Assembly: GCA_013265495.1 (NCBI GenBank)
Contig: MU058418.1
Coordinates: 1,202,917 to 1,266,916, forward strand
Length of the DNA stretch: 64,000 bases
From: Vicugna vicugna
Lineage: Eukaryota
Direction of reading: 5' to 3'
Position numbers and translations under genes: made by a program. Positions 49,933 through 60,735 of this stretch are shown in pieces. Numbering within the stretch: position 1 is the stretch's first letter; the number at the start of each line of letters is the position of its first letter. The notes beneath the pieces are model-generated. The model was given only the letters and a program-made list of their open reading frames with translations, was not told the DNA's origin and did not search any database.

Positions 49933-52822
49933 TTTTCTTCTCTTTTTTTCTACATTTTTTATTGAGTAAATAATCATTTTAATATGTTGTGTCAAATTCC
50001 AGTATAGAGCAGTTTTTCAGTTATACATGAACATACATATATTCATTGTCACATTTTTTTTTTGCTATGAGCTACCACAAAATCTTGTATATATTTCCCT
50101 GTGCTATACAGTATAATCTTGTTTATCTATACTGCATTTAAAATCCCAGTCTGTCCCTTCCCACCCCCTACCCCCTTGGCAACCACAAGTTTGTATTCTA
50201 TGTCTATGAGTCTGTTTCTGTTTTGTATTTATGTTCTTTTTTTTTTTTTTTAGTCATCTGTTGATGGACATTTAGGCTGTTTCCATGTCTTGGCTATTGT
50301 AAATAGTGCTGCTATGAACATTGGGGTGCAGGTGTCATTTTGAAGTAGGGTTCCTTCTGGATATATGCCCAGGAGTGGGATTCCTGGGTCCTATGGTAAG
50401 TCTATTCCTAGTCTTTTGAGGAATCTCCACTCTGTTTTCCACAGTGGCTTTCCTTGCTTCCCTCTGCCGCTCTTAATGATTTAGATGTCTTCTTTTACAA
50501 TTTTGTGTTTATTCTTTTTGTAAGTCATGGCAGTTATCTCCTTTCCAGTTATGAGTTTCTCATTTTTGTAGCATCCTGCTTCTTTTCTGTTTAGAGTAGA
50601 CCTGTCAATATTTCTTTTAGCATGGGTTTAGTGTTTTAAACTCTTTTAGTTTTTCCTTGTCTGTGAAGTTCTTTATCTCTCCTTCTATTCTAAAGGATAG
50701 CCTTGCGGGATAGAGTATCCTAGGCTGCATCTTTTTTTTCATTCAGGACTTTGAATATATCTTGCCACTCCCTTCTGGCCTGTAGTGTTTGTGTAGAGAA
50801 ATCAGCTGAGAGCCTTATGGGGGTTCCCTTGTAACTCGCTCTTTGTTTTTCTCTTGTTGCCTTTAGGATCATTTCTTTATCCTTGACTCTGGCCATCTTG
50901 GTTATGTTGTGTCTTGGTGTGGGTCTGTTTGGGTTCTTCCTGTTTGGGACCCTCTGAGCCTCCTGTACTTGGGTATCTGATTCCTTCTTTAGGTTTGGGA
51001 AGTTTTCAGTCATGATTTCTTCAAATACCTTTTCAATCCCCTTTGTTCTTTCTTCCCCTTCTGGAACTACTATTATGCGAAGATTGGCATACTTTATATT
51101 ATCCCATAGGTCCCGTATATTGTTTTCATTTTTTTTAATTTGTTTTTCTCTCAGCTGTTCTGATTGGGTGCTTTCTGTTGTCCTGTCTTCTAGGTCACTT
51201 ATTCGTTCCTCTGCATTATCTAGCCTGCTTTGTACAGCCTTTAGGTCAGCTCTCATCTCAGCAAATTAGTTTCCTAATTCTACTTGGCTCTTCTTTATAG
51301 CTTCAATTTCATTTTTGATGTATTTTATATCTCTAAACACTATTTCTTTTAGTTCCTTCAGTCCTTTGATCACTCCTTTTTTGAAATCTTGATCTAGTAG
51401 GCCATCATTGTCTATTTCATTGATCGTGCTTTCAGGGGATATCTCTTGATCTTTTAATTGGGAGTTGTTCCTCTGCTTCTTCATATTGCTCATATCTCTG
51501 GCACTGTGGCTTAAGGAGTATCAGTTATCTAGTTCTCCTGGAGACAGTGTGCTCGTAATGATTTTTATCAAGAGGTCTTTGTTTCTTCGCCCTGTTTCGC
51601 AAACTCAGCTTGCTGTTTCCAGAAGCCCTCTGTTGGCGCCCTCATCTGTGCTGCTCCCAGTGGCTGTCAGCTAGCAGATCGTGCCCCCTCCCAACACTGG
51701 GTCAGGTGCTGAGCTCTTACCCGGTGGGCAGGTGGGTCACTCCCCCTCCCAATGCCACAGTCAGATGCTGCGCTCGGGTGAGGCAGGTGGGCTGATTGTG
51801 CCCCCTCCCAGCACCATGGTTAGGTGCTGCGTTCCTGCCAGGAAGTCAGGTGGCCGCCTGCCCTCTCCCAGTGCTGGTCGCTCCGCTGCTCTGTGCAGCT
51901 GCCCACTCCACCTCGGGTCAGCACTCCAAAGGCAGGCTTGGGGAAGACCACAGAACGACCCTGCCTCTGCTTCTGGCCAAATCTCAGCTCCTTGTTGTCT
52001 TGGTGGTGCAAGTTCTCTGAGATGCCAGGGCAGAAGGATCCTATCTGCCTTGGGCTGTAAACAAGTCTCAGTCCTGCCCAGGAGGTTGTGGACCCCCTGT
52101 GTGTGGATTCAGGTCTCGGCCCCACCCCCGCCCGGGCGCTGTGCACAGGAGAAGATGGCAGCTGTGACTGCACCCTGCCTCTCTTCTTGTGAGAAGCACC
52201 AGTAACGGCGGCACAAGTCTGAGGAGACAAAGGCTATGGCGCCCCTCCCCACAGGGCACACCAGCCGTGTTGCTTTGCTTTTTTTGCAATTTATGGGGGA
52301 CCCATTGTTCTGCTCCATATCCCCTCCCAGCCACTGCGCGCAGCACCCTGCAGTCCCCAGGGGCTGCCTCAGTGCAGCCGCCCCAGTCCTCCGCCTGGCT
52401 CAGGTGGCCTGTCCCGGCCCCAGCTGCTGGCTCGCCTACTTGGGCTGGGTGTCATGAGGACCCTTTGTGCCCATTTAACTCAGTTCTGTCGGTCAAGGCG
52501 TGCTGAGCCTCAGAGGCTCCCCCTCCATCCTGCTGGCCTCTCCATTGGAGAGGGGAGACCCAGCGAACGAGCGCCAGTCCTCCTTTGCCGCTCCCTCCCC
52601 GCGGGACCCGTCCCGCGCTGCTTTGCCTTTTGTTCTTTCTTTTTTCCTTTTTTCCTACTAGATTTTTGGCATCTTTGTCTTTTGAAGAGGGCGATGTTCT
52701 GTCAGAGTTCAGCAGGTGCTCTGGTTGGCTGAGTAGGTCCGTAGATGAGAGTTTTGGTGTATTTGTGGGAGAGGGTAAGCTACAAGTGTCCTTCTACTGC
52801 ACCATCTTGCTTCTCTCTCCCC
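49933..52822 (-). mobile_element. Complete-ended, ORF2-deleted L1 element (5'UTR, ORF1, ORF2 tail, 3'UTR, polyA), copy 1, about 2.9 kb
   Basis: Starts GGGGAGAGAGAAGCAAGATGG (L1 5' end with YY1-type motif). ORF1 remnant at 51493-50591, junction at 50447/50448, perfect 14-bp TSD aagcttttttcttt at 49919-49932 and 52823-52836. Confidence 0.9.
50591..51493 (-). pseudogene. Disrupted L1 ORF1p (copy 1)
   Basis: MSNMKKQRNNSQLK...ELGN* then MRADLKAVQSRLDNAEERISDLEDR...LWDNIKYANLRIIVVPEGEE...PIRLSADFSTQTLQARREWQDIFKVL. One in-frame stop and two apparent frameshifts before ...EILTGLL*. Confidence 0.9.
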
Positions 52823-55800
52823 AAGCTTTTTTCTTTATTATTTGACTTTATCCAGAGAAATAGTTTTAAATGTTTAAAGATTGATTAGACTCATTTTCAA
52901 GCCTTTCACAAATGTTGTGTCCTTGAATAAAATCTGGGCAGCAGATAATTCAAGGTTGTCTTTTGGCAAGAAGAGAGAAAGAAGAATTCTGTTGGTCTTA
53001 ATCAGTTTGAAAGGCTTGGCCCTTTGTGTATCCAGCAGAACAGAGAGGCATTCATCCTTGCTCTGATTCACTTTTTAATATCATTAGAATATGAATTTAG
53101 CATTTTCCACCTAGTATTTTTATGATTTGGACAGCAGAAGAATGTGAGGAAGAATAATAACTCTAATATCCACTTCTTCTCCAACTCTGCTTGGGCTTTT
53201 CAAATATCCACCTGAAAGAAGATTCAGTTTCTTCCCAATGAATACTCACAGAGAAAAGCAAAACAAATCTAACAGAATTTCTGCATTTGTAAGACTTGTT
53301 CAGAAGTCATCATTCTCAAATTTAAAATAATTTCTTTGCTATTCTAAAGGCTTCTCTCACTTCACTTTTTAGTGTCCTAAATGGCACTTTTCATGCCTCT
53401 TGGCTCTGAAATCCAAAGGAAAAGTTAGCATTGGTTGACCTTTCATTTCATATGCACATGTAGGACCAGTAGCAAAGGGTGTAGAGCTTTATCTTGTACT
53501 ACATGGGGCTAGTCTTTCAAATTTCTTCTGGGTAGATCTCAAAGCCAGCCAAATTTGTAACACTGCCTTTCCTCTTACAGAAATGTAGCAAATACTGCCC
53601 TCTACTGAGGGGATGCTCAGGATGGCTTAGTTATATTAGTGATCAAGTGCTAGTCTTCTATCAGTTACTGATTTCAGTAATTTTGGTAGAATCATATTGT
53701 TACTAATGACTTCATCATTATTGTATTTATTCTTACTAAAATAATTATATTAAAAAATAGAAAGTGAAAAGGGTGCAAACATCTCAGCCTTGGTCATATA
53801 CATTTATTACCTTCTGTAGTCTGTACAATCAAATATCATAATGTTTGGGGCATTAGTAATAATATTTAAATTTCCATTTGTTTTGAACCAGCTAAGAATA
53901 TTTCCCCCTTTTCCAGTGGGAAATTAGGAGGATGTTATACATTATTTTAATAAATGACTTTGTGAAATAATTCTAGCAACTGTTGGACTATTTTTCTTCC
54001 CCTGCCAGTGTTTTTTTCAATGTCTGCTGGATTGCTAATATCTAGGTTAATAATTGCAAAGAACTAGCTGTTTATAGCTAAAATAAAATTTTCTCATTCT
54101 TTGTGATTTTAAAGGATTAATTACACATGGTTACTTAACAGTAGAGGACCACATTAGACTAAATACCTTCCAACCAAAAACTCCTTAAAGAAACTAACTA
54201 ATGAAATACTTATATATACACATACATTCGTATATGGCATGTTTTTGAAAAATGTCATGCTATCTGTGTTTCTAGACATGGAGAATATGGGTTCTCTCAT
54301 TAGGCTAAATACTCAGTGTAATGAATTGTTTGGATCACTTGTTCCCGTTTTTCCAGAATCTGGTTAGAATTGGCTTGAAACTGGACAAATTGTGGGAGTC
54401 ATTAGAAACAAAACCTAGTAATTCAAAGTGTCCCCATGGCTTCTTATAAAATCTAAAGTATAAACCTCTCTTTAGCTTAATTCAGAAACTTTAGATACCT
54501 TGAGAACTAGCAAGAGTCTAGTCAGGCTGAATAACCTCATGGCAAGGGAGGACATGGTTAGCCAGGGTCTGTGAAGGAGGCTGTGAAGGCTCATTTCCTT
54601 TAGACTTAAAAACCAAAGAAGCAGTCCTGTTTTCGTAGGCTCTAGATTTCTGACTATCCCTTATGCTATAGTTAAATTGAAAACTTAAACTGAATAAAGT
54701 ATCTAGGCAGGATGTTCTAATTCCAGAAGTATTTAGGGTCTTTCTGTGTAGAGGGTTCTAAGCTACACTAACTCATTCACTGTTGTTAATATTGGCATGG
54801 TCAAACCCCATCTATCTCATTTCCTAAAGGGTCAACTCTTGATGCCCCTCAAATTTTAGATGTCTATTAAACAATTGGAAGCTCCATCCTGGTCAGAGAC
54901 CAGCTAATTGCTTAACAAATCATTGTCTCATTTACTCAACCCCAGGTTATGGTTAGTGTAATCCATTCCAATAATTCTTACCATCTCTTGGAGATTGTTT
55001 TGCAGTTTTAATGTATTGCCTTGGAGTGGTATTGATGCTTACATTCGGTGGTACTTAATAACAATGATGATGCCAATGATAATGATTTCCTACTTCTTTA
55101 TATTCTTCTAATGTTGTGTTTTTAACCTATCTCCATATTTTTCTTTTTGGTTTTGTATGCTGCAGGCTGTCAGTCAAATGTTTTTATTCTAGTTGTTAGG
55201 GGGTTCCCAAATGAACTGGAAATATTCCTAGGAATAAACCTGGCACAGTGTTTTTCACATAGTTAGACACTCAGTAGATCTGATATGATGTGGTTTGTGT
55301 TTTGAGAAAGTTGTCAGTTCCAGAATCTCCGGAATTAGATATCTCCAGAATTTGGAGATACACAAAACTAGTCAAGTCAGGGTGGGGAAAGGGTGCAATA
55401 GCCTCTAGTTTGCCAACTTGATTTTTTTGATTTTGAGTCATTGTTTCTACAAACTCTGTTAAAATAAAAATATGACACCATCCCCCCACAAAAAGAGTAC
55501 TATATTAACCATTATTATTTGGCCATAGAGGAGTTAGAGAGTTTAGCAAAGATCTGGCAGATCTAGGTGGAACTAGCCTCCTACCATCAAGACTATATAA
55601 GTCAAGTAGTAAAGCTTTTACTCAACACAGAAAGAACATCTTCTAAAGTAAAATGCGTAAGTTGGTAGTTTTTTTTGGAGTGGTGAGATGTTTCCTGGCT
55701 GGATGCTGTGGTCTTCCCATTAATGAGATTTCTCATATTAAGGTGCCATATGATCAGCCTTGGGAAATTATTTACTCTACAAATAATACACATTTCAGTG

Positions 55801-57158
55801 CTCTGTTTTTCTAATTATTATCTTTATTAGCTTGGTGCACATAGTTGTTTTAACATCCGTTCTTTTGATGTTTTTTAGCTTGTTTTGAAAAGAACACATT
55901 CATCTGAACTTCATTCAAGCATTTTTTTTTTGCTTATTAAAAGGTACTTCTCTTTAAGCTATGAGATATTATCATTTCTGTGTAAACAAAACAACTTGTT
56001 TAATGAGGAGCTATCAGGATATTACTACAAGGAATTTATAAAGAGGAGTCTATACAGATAAAGAGTAAGCCTTAGGACAGTATAATCTAGACAGCGCTTA
56101 AAATAATAATCGTCCTACTTGAGCTGAAATAATGGCAGCAGACAAGCATTAGCCAGGCAGAGAAAAAAAGAAACTCAAGCTGACAGCTCATTCCTGTCAC
56201 TGAAGTGGATCAACCACTCACTCATTGTAGGGCAGAAGGCAGCCTGTTGGTAACGCTCGAGCATTTCACATTGGTGTGACATTGAGAAAATCTTCACTCC
56301 TGGCACCAGGGTCAAACCCAAGCAGACAGCGGTGCCATTTCTCATACAGGAGAAAGAAGACAGCAGGCAAGCTCTCTATTCCTAAAAGTTTGTTAGAGAA
56401 ACTGTGCTACATATAATCCAGCTGTATATTCTTGGTAATTAAGGAAAACAAATGCTCTTTGCAAACTCATTATAGATTTAAAGTTCTTTAAGTTTTCATC
56501 AGGTTTCCACAGAAACAGAGTTTGAAACAATAGTGGAGAATGCATAAACCATCGAATAAGTGGATTTTAATTGTTCCTGTTTAGGAAATTATTGAGATAA
56601 CCAGCCACATCAAAGACTATTAAACTTTTTAATTGCTCAGGTAGAAAGATGGAGCTTGTCATCATTATCTGTCATAAGATGAATCTGCTTTTGGTAATAC
56701 TACTTGAATTTTGAGCTAGAATAACATACTCAAGGATGCTACTAACTGAAGTGCCATTTAGTGCTCAAAAATAATCATATGCTTTAGTTATTCATAGGAT
56801 ACAATGCATGAATTTATAATACTAATTATGATTTCAAACAGTGTCTTATTGCTATGGTTCACTTACATAGGCAGATCAATGAATGCAGAACGTAACTATA
56901 AATATTTGCAACTGCCATAGGCATCATGTGCATGAAATTTAGTGGTACGTTAGTGAAGTCAAAAGAGTGTCTTCTCTCCTACAAAGTCCTTGTAGGATTT
57001 AGTAACGCCTTGTATTTATTAAGCATTCAGTAAATATAATTGATTTTGAATAAGACTTAGTGACAACAACAGTGACATTTATTCACCAATTCTGTATTAT
57101 GCAAGACCTTGTTCCCTGGTCTGTGCAAGGCGCTAGGGACACTGAGGTGAATAAATAG

Positions 57159-57375
57159 TAGTTGATCCTTGAACAGTGCGGGATTAGGGGCACTGTCCTC
57201 CACGCAGTTGAAGATACATATATAATTTATAGTTGGCCCTCTGTATACTCGGTTCCTCCACATCTGAGGTTCCTCAGATTCAACCAATTGTGTAGCATTG
57301 CAGTATTTACTACCAAAAAAATCTGCATGTAAGTGGATGTACACAGTTCAAACTGTATTTTTCAAGGGTCAGCTG
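57159..57375. mobile_element. TcMar-Tigger non-autonomous element (MER2/MER8-like)
   Basis: TIR-like ends agttgatccttgaa...ttcaagggtcagctg|ta. Confidence 0.75.
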
Positions 57376-58749
57376 TATTGACAATTCTGGGACTACCAGT
57401 CTTCTATAGTGGAGTAAGTGAGAGTTGCAGCTGCAAATCTGAATAGATTTGTGAGTCCTCAAGATTTGTGAGTATATGCATTTATATTGAATATTTTACA
57501 CATTCACTCTTCATTATTTTAAGGGAAGATGCGGGGACTAAATAGCTGAAAAACAAAAACAAAGTGTACACTTTGGAATCAGTAAATATCTCAAACATTG
57601 TTTTACAACAACAGAATTTTGTTTTTACCCTTTTTTTGTCATAATATATTTTGTCTCTCACCTTTGGAAAATACAGGAAAAAATCTTAAAAATAAAGATA
57701 ATAAAAATACTTCTAAGTCTGACTCAGACCATTTAGAGTTAACAATTGTTAATATTTTCAGTGTTTTCTTAGCCTTTGTTCTACACAGATATTTTGAGCA
57801 AAACAGATGCTTTAATACAATTTTAATTTTGCATTATGTTTTCACTTAGCTTTTGTGTGTTTCCATATCATAAAATATTTTTCATAAACACCATTATTTA
57901 TTAGCAACTTACTATTCTATTATATCAGTGTGCCGTATCAAGCCATTCCTCTATTTGTCATACTTTAAAATTGCTTTTTGGTTGACATGGTCATAAGTAA
58001 TTCTCATGTATAGCCTTTGGTTGAATTTCTGATTTTTTTTCCTATAGATTGATTTCTAGAAACAGAATGATTGGGTCAAATTTGTGACTTCTTTTGGGCT
58101 CTTAATACAATCCAGTAGTTTTTTTCTGGAATAAAACTGACTTATTTTTCCAGCAGCAGTGGATGTCTTATTACATGCTTTCTAGCATTAAATAGTGTAA
58201 CTTACTTTTCTTTGCAAAATTGCTGTATGAAAAGTGATATATCATTCTTATTTTGTCTTTCTTTGGTTAATACTGAGCTTGACTATATTTTCTGTTTGTT
58301 TATTAGCCTATTATACTGTTTATGTTTTTGGTTCCAGGAATTGTCTATTCAAATTGTGTCTTTATTTTTCTGCTGGAATGTTCTTACAATTTGAGTTTTA
58401 GTTCAGTCAGTCCTAGTCTCCCCTAATTCCTTTCTTATGTCAACTTGCTTTCTCTCTGTTTTTATTCATTTGGGTCCATGTCGTCTTGCATTCTATAATG
58501 ATGCCACATAATTTTCTGGCTTTTTTTTTTCTTCTAGTTCTTGTATACAGTAAATCCTAAGTTTTATTTTTGAAAATAAATTTTATACTGTACCATAAAA
58601 ATTCCAAAATTGATTACAAAAATAAATGAACATAAAATAAATGATACTTATATGTTTATATATACTTATCAATTATGTAAAATCAATCTTTTGCTGTAAA
58701 AGCTAGATCATATTTTTCTACATGTGCTAGACTTGTAATGACTTTGAAT

Positions 58750-59180
58750 CTCTCTGTAACAAGTGAAATGTTTCAGCAAATCACCCCACCCCCCAATTCA
58801 GTGACTTAAAAAAAATAAGCATTGACTATTGCTCTCTGTTTGGCTAGGAAGCTGGGAAGTCAGCTAGGAAGTTGTTTAGTTCTATTCTGGACTCACTCAC
58901 GCATCTGCGGTCAGCCTTGCTGATCTTGGTTGCACTCTCTTGTCCGTTTGGGGGCCAGCTAGATGTAGGTGGCCTAGGGTGCTTTCTCAGCTTAGACTTG
59001 GAAATTTGTCACTTTTGCCACATTCTATTGGCTGTGGTAAATTACAAGCCCAGCCCAGATTGCAGAGTTGTGCAGATAGATTCCATGTCTTAATCCAAGA
59101 GCTGGAAAGTCACAATCCAAAGGGTGTGGACAAGAGGCAAAGAACAGTCAGAGCCATAGCTGTAATCAGACTGCCCCACA
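58750..59180. mobile_element. Old MLT1-type MaLR LTR
   Basis: attcagtgacttaaaa...gtcacttttgccacattctattggc...aaagtcacaatccaaagggtgtgga. Confidence 0.6.
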
Positions 59181-59847
59181 AAAGCATTCTTCATTTCTCC
59201 AAAAAAAATTTTAAATGGGTTTAAAAGTATCTAATTTTCTAGAGAGTTTGATAGTTAATGCATTTGAATGCCCCAAACACCTTTAAATACTGAATGCTTG
59301 GGAAAGAGAGAGAATGAGTAGCCCTGTGGCAACATTAGTATCAGTTTATCAGTCATAGCGATCAGGATGTCACACATCAAAAAGGATAACAATTGTGTGG
59401 CATGCTGGGCTACATAAGATGATTTGGCAGTATCTATATGTGGTTTGGTGAAAATATTTAGTATATTTTTGTATATTATATAATCATGAGAAGAAAAATA
59501 AATTTACAAAGATGTTTTAAATATATCAAATACTGAATTTGAACAAAACTTTCAAATAAAATCTTTCCAAATTTGTAATGTGAAAAATTACCTCCACAAA
59601 TATAACTTTTAAGAATCAGATTTGATGCTAGAAATGGCTAAATGCAGTTCCTGATTTTAAAAATTTTAATGATAATTTGAGGAAAATTTGAAGAGAAATT
59701 TTTGATAGTTACCATCTTATATGAATAAGAATCTTGGTTCACACAAGAAGTATTAGAAAGTCTTCCACTTCCAATAATGGTGGACTCTTTGTCAGTAATT
59801 TGCACCAAACTTGTAGTTAGGACAACGGAAGAAGCTGGATGAATTAA

Positions 59848-60240
59848 CTATTAGGACAGGCTAACTGCTGAAACAAACAACCCCCAAATCTTAAAGGCTT
59901 AACAAATAAACCTGCATTTCTTACTCATATCACAATCCAGTGCAGTCAGGAAACTCTGCTCCATGTGGTCCCTCATGGATCCAGGTTTTACCCCTGTTGT
60001 TCCTTCACCCTCCTTTAAGTCCTCAGAGCCCTCTCTCTTCAGCCAGCAGTTGAGAAAAGGAAGTGAGGAGTCGGTGTGGGAGGTTTTTATGGACCAGATC
60101 TAGAAGCAATGTTTCTGTTGCATTCCACTGGCCTGAACTTGATCACATGGCCACACCTAAATGCAAGAGAGGCTGGGGAATATAATCTAGCTGTGTGCCC
60201 TGAAAAAGGAGGAAAACAGATATTGGTGAGCAGTAGAAAT
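59848..60240. mobile_element. Old MLT1 (J/K-like) MaLR LTR
   Basis: ctgctgaaacaaacaacccccaaatc...tcacatggccacacctaaatgcaagagaggctggggaatataatctagctgtgtgcc. Confidence 0.7.
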
Positions 60241-60735
60241 TTTCTTCTTAAAAAATGAGCCGAGCTGAATTGAGCTTGCTTTGGCAGCCTTACTGGGTTA
60301 GTGGGACAAAAAGGCAGAGACTAGGGCCAGCCAAGAATGGGGTCTTAGTAAACTGTTCCCCACTTTGGATAGAGCCCTGAAGGACTGCACTCTAAGAATA
60401 AGTATGAGCCCAAAGTAAAGCAGCTCTCTCTCGGACTTAGGCAAACTGTGTGTGAGCCAAGTAGCTCAGAATACTTTAAGCCTTGTACTTGAAATTTTTT
60501 CTCCAAATATTTTTTTCAAAAATAAAATCTAATACACAAAGATAACCAAACATCTGAGGAGACAAGACAATAAAATTAACACTCCATATATTGGAATTAT
60601 GAATTCATAGTTTAAACAAGGAATGTTACATATTCAAAGAGATTCAGAAAGGAAGCTAAGCTTGGAAGTTTAAGTGTAGGGATCTAGAAACTATAAAAAG
60701 AGATATATCAGCTTTGAAAAAGAACCAGTAGAATT

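Noticed and set aside
51610..52845. Cluster of 60-174 aa ORFs on both strands in the L1 5'UTR (possible ORF0 analogue), with similar ORFs at 62945-63996
   Set aside because: GC-rich sequence has few stop codons, and homologous peptide segments fall in different frames in the two copies, so no frame is conserved.
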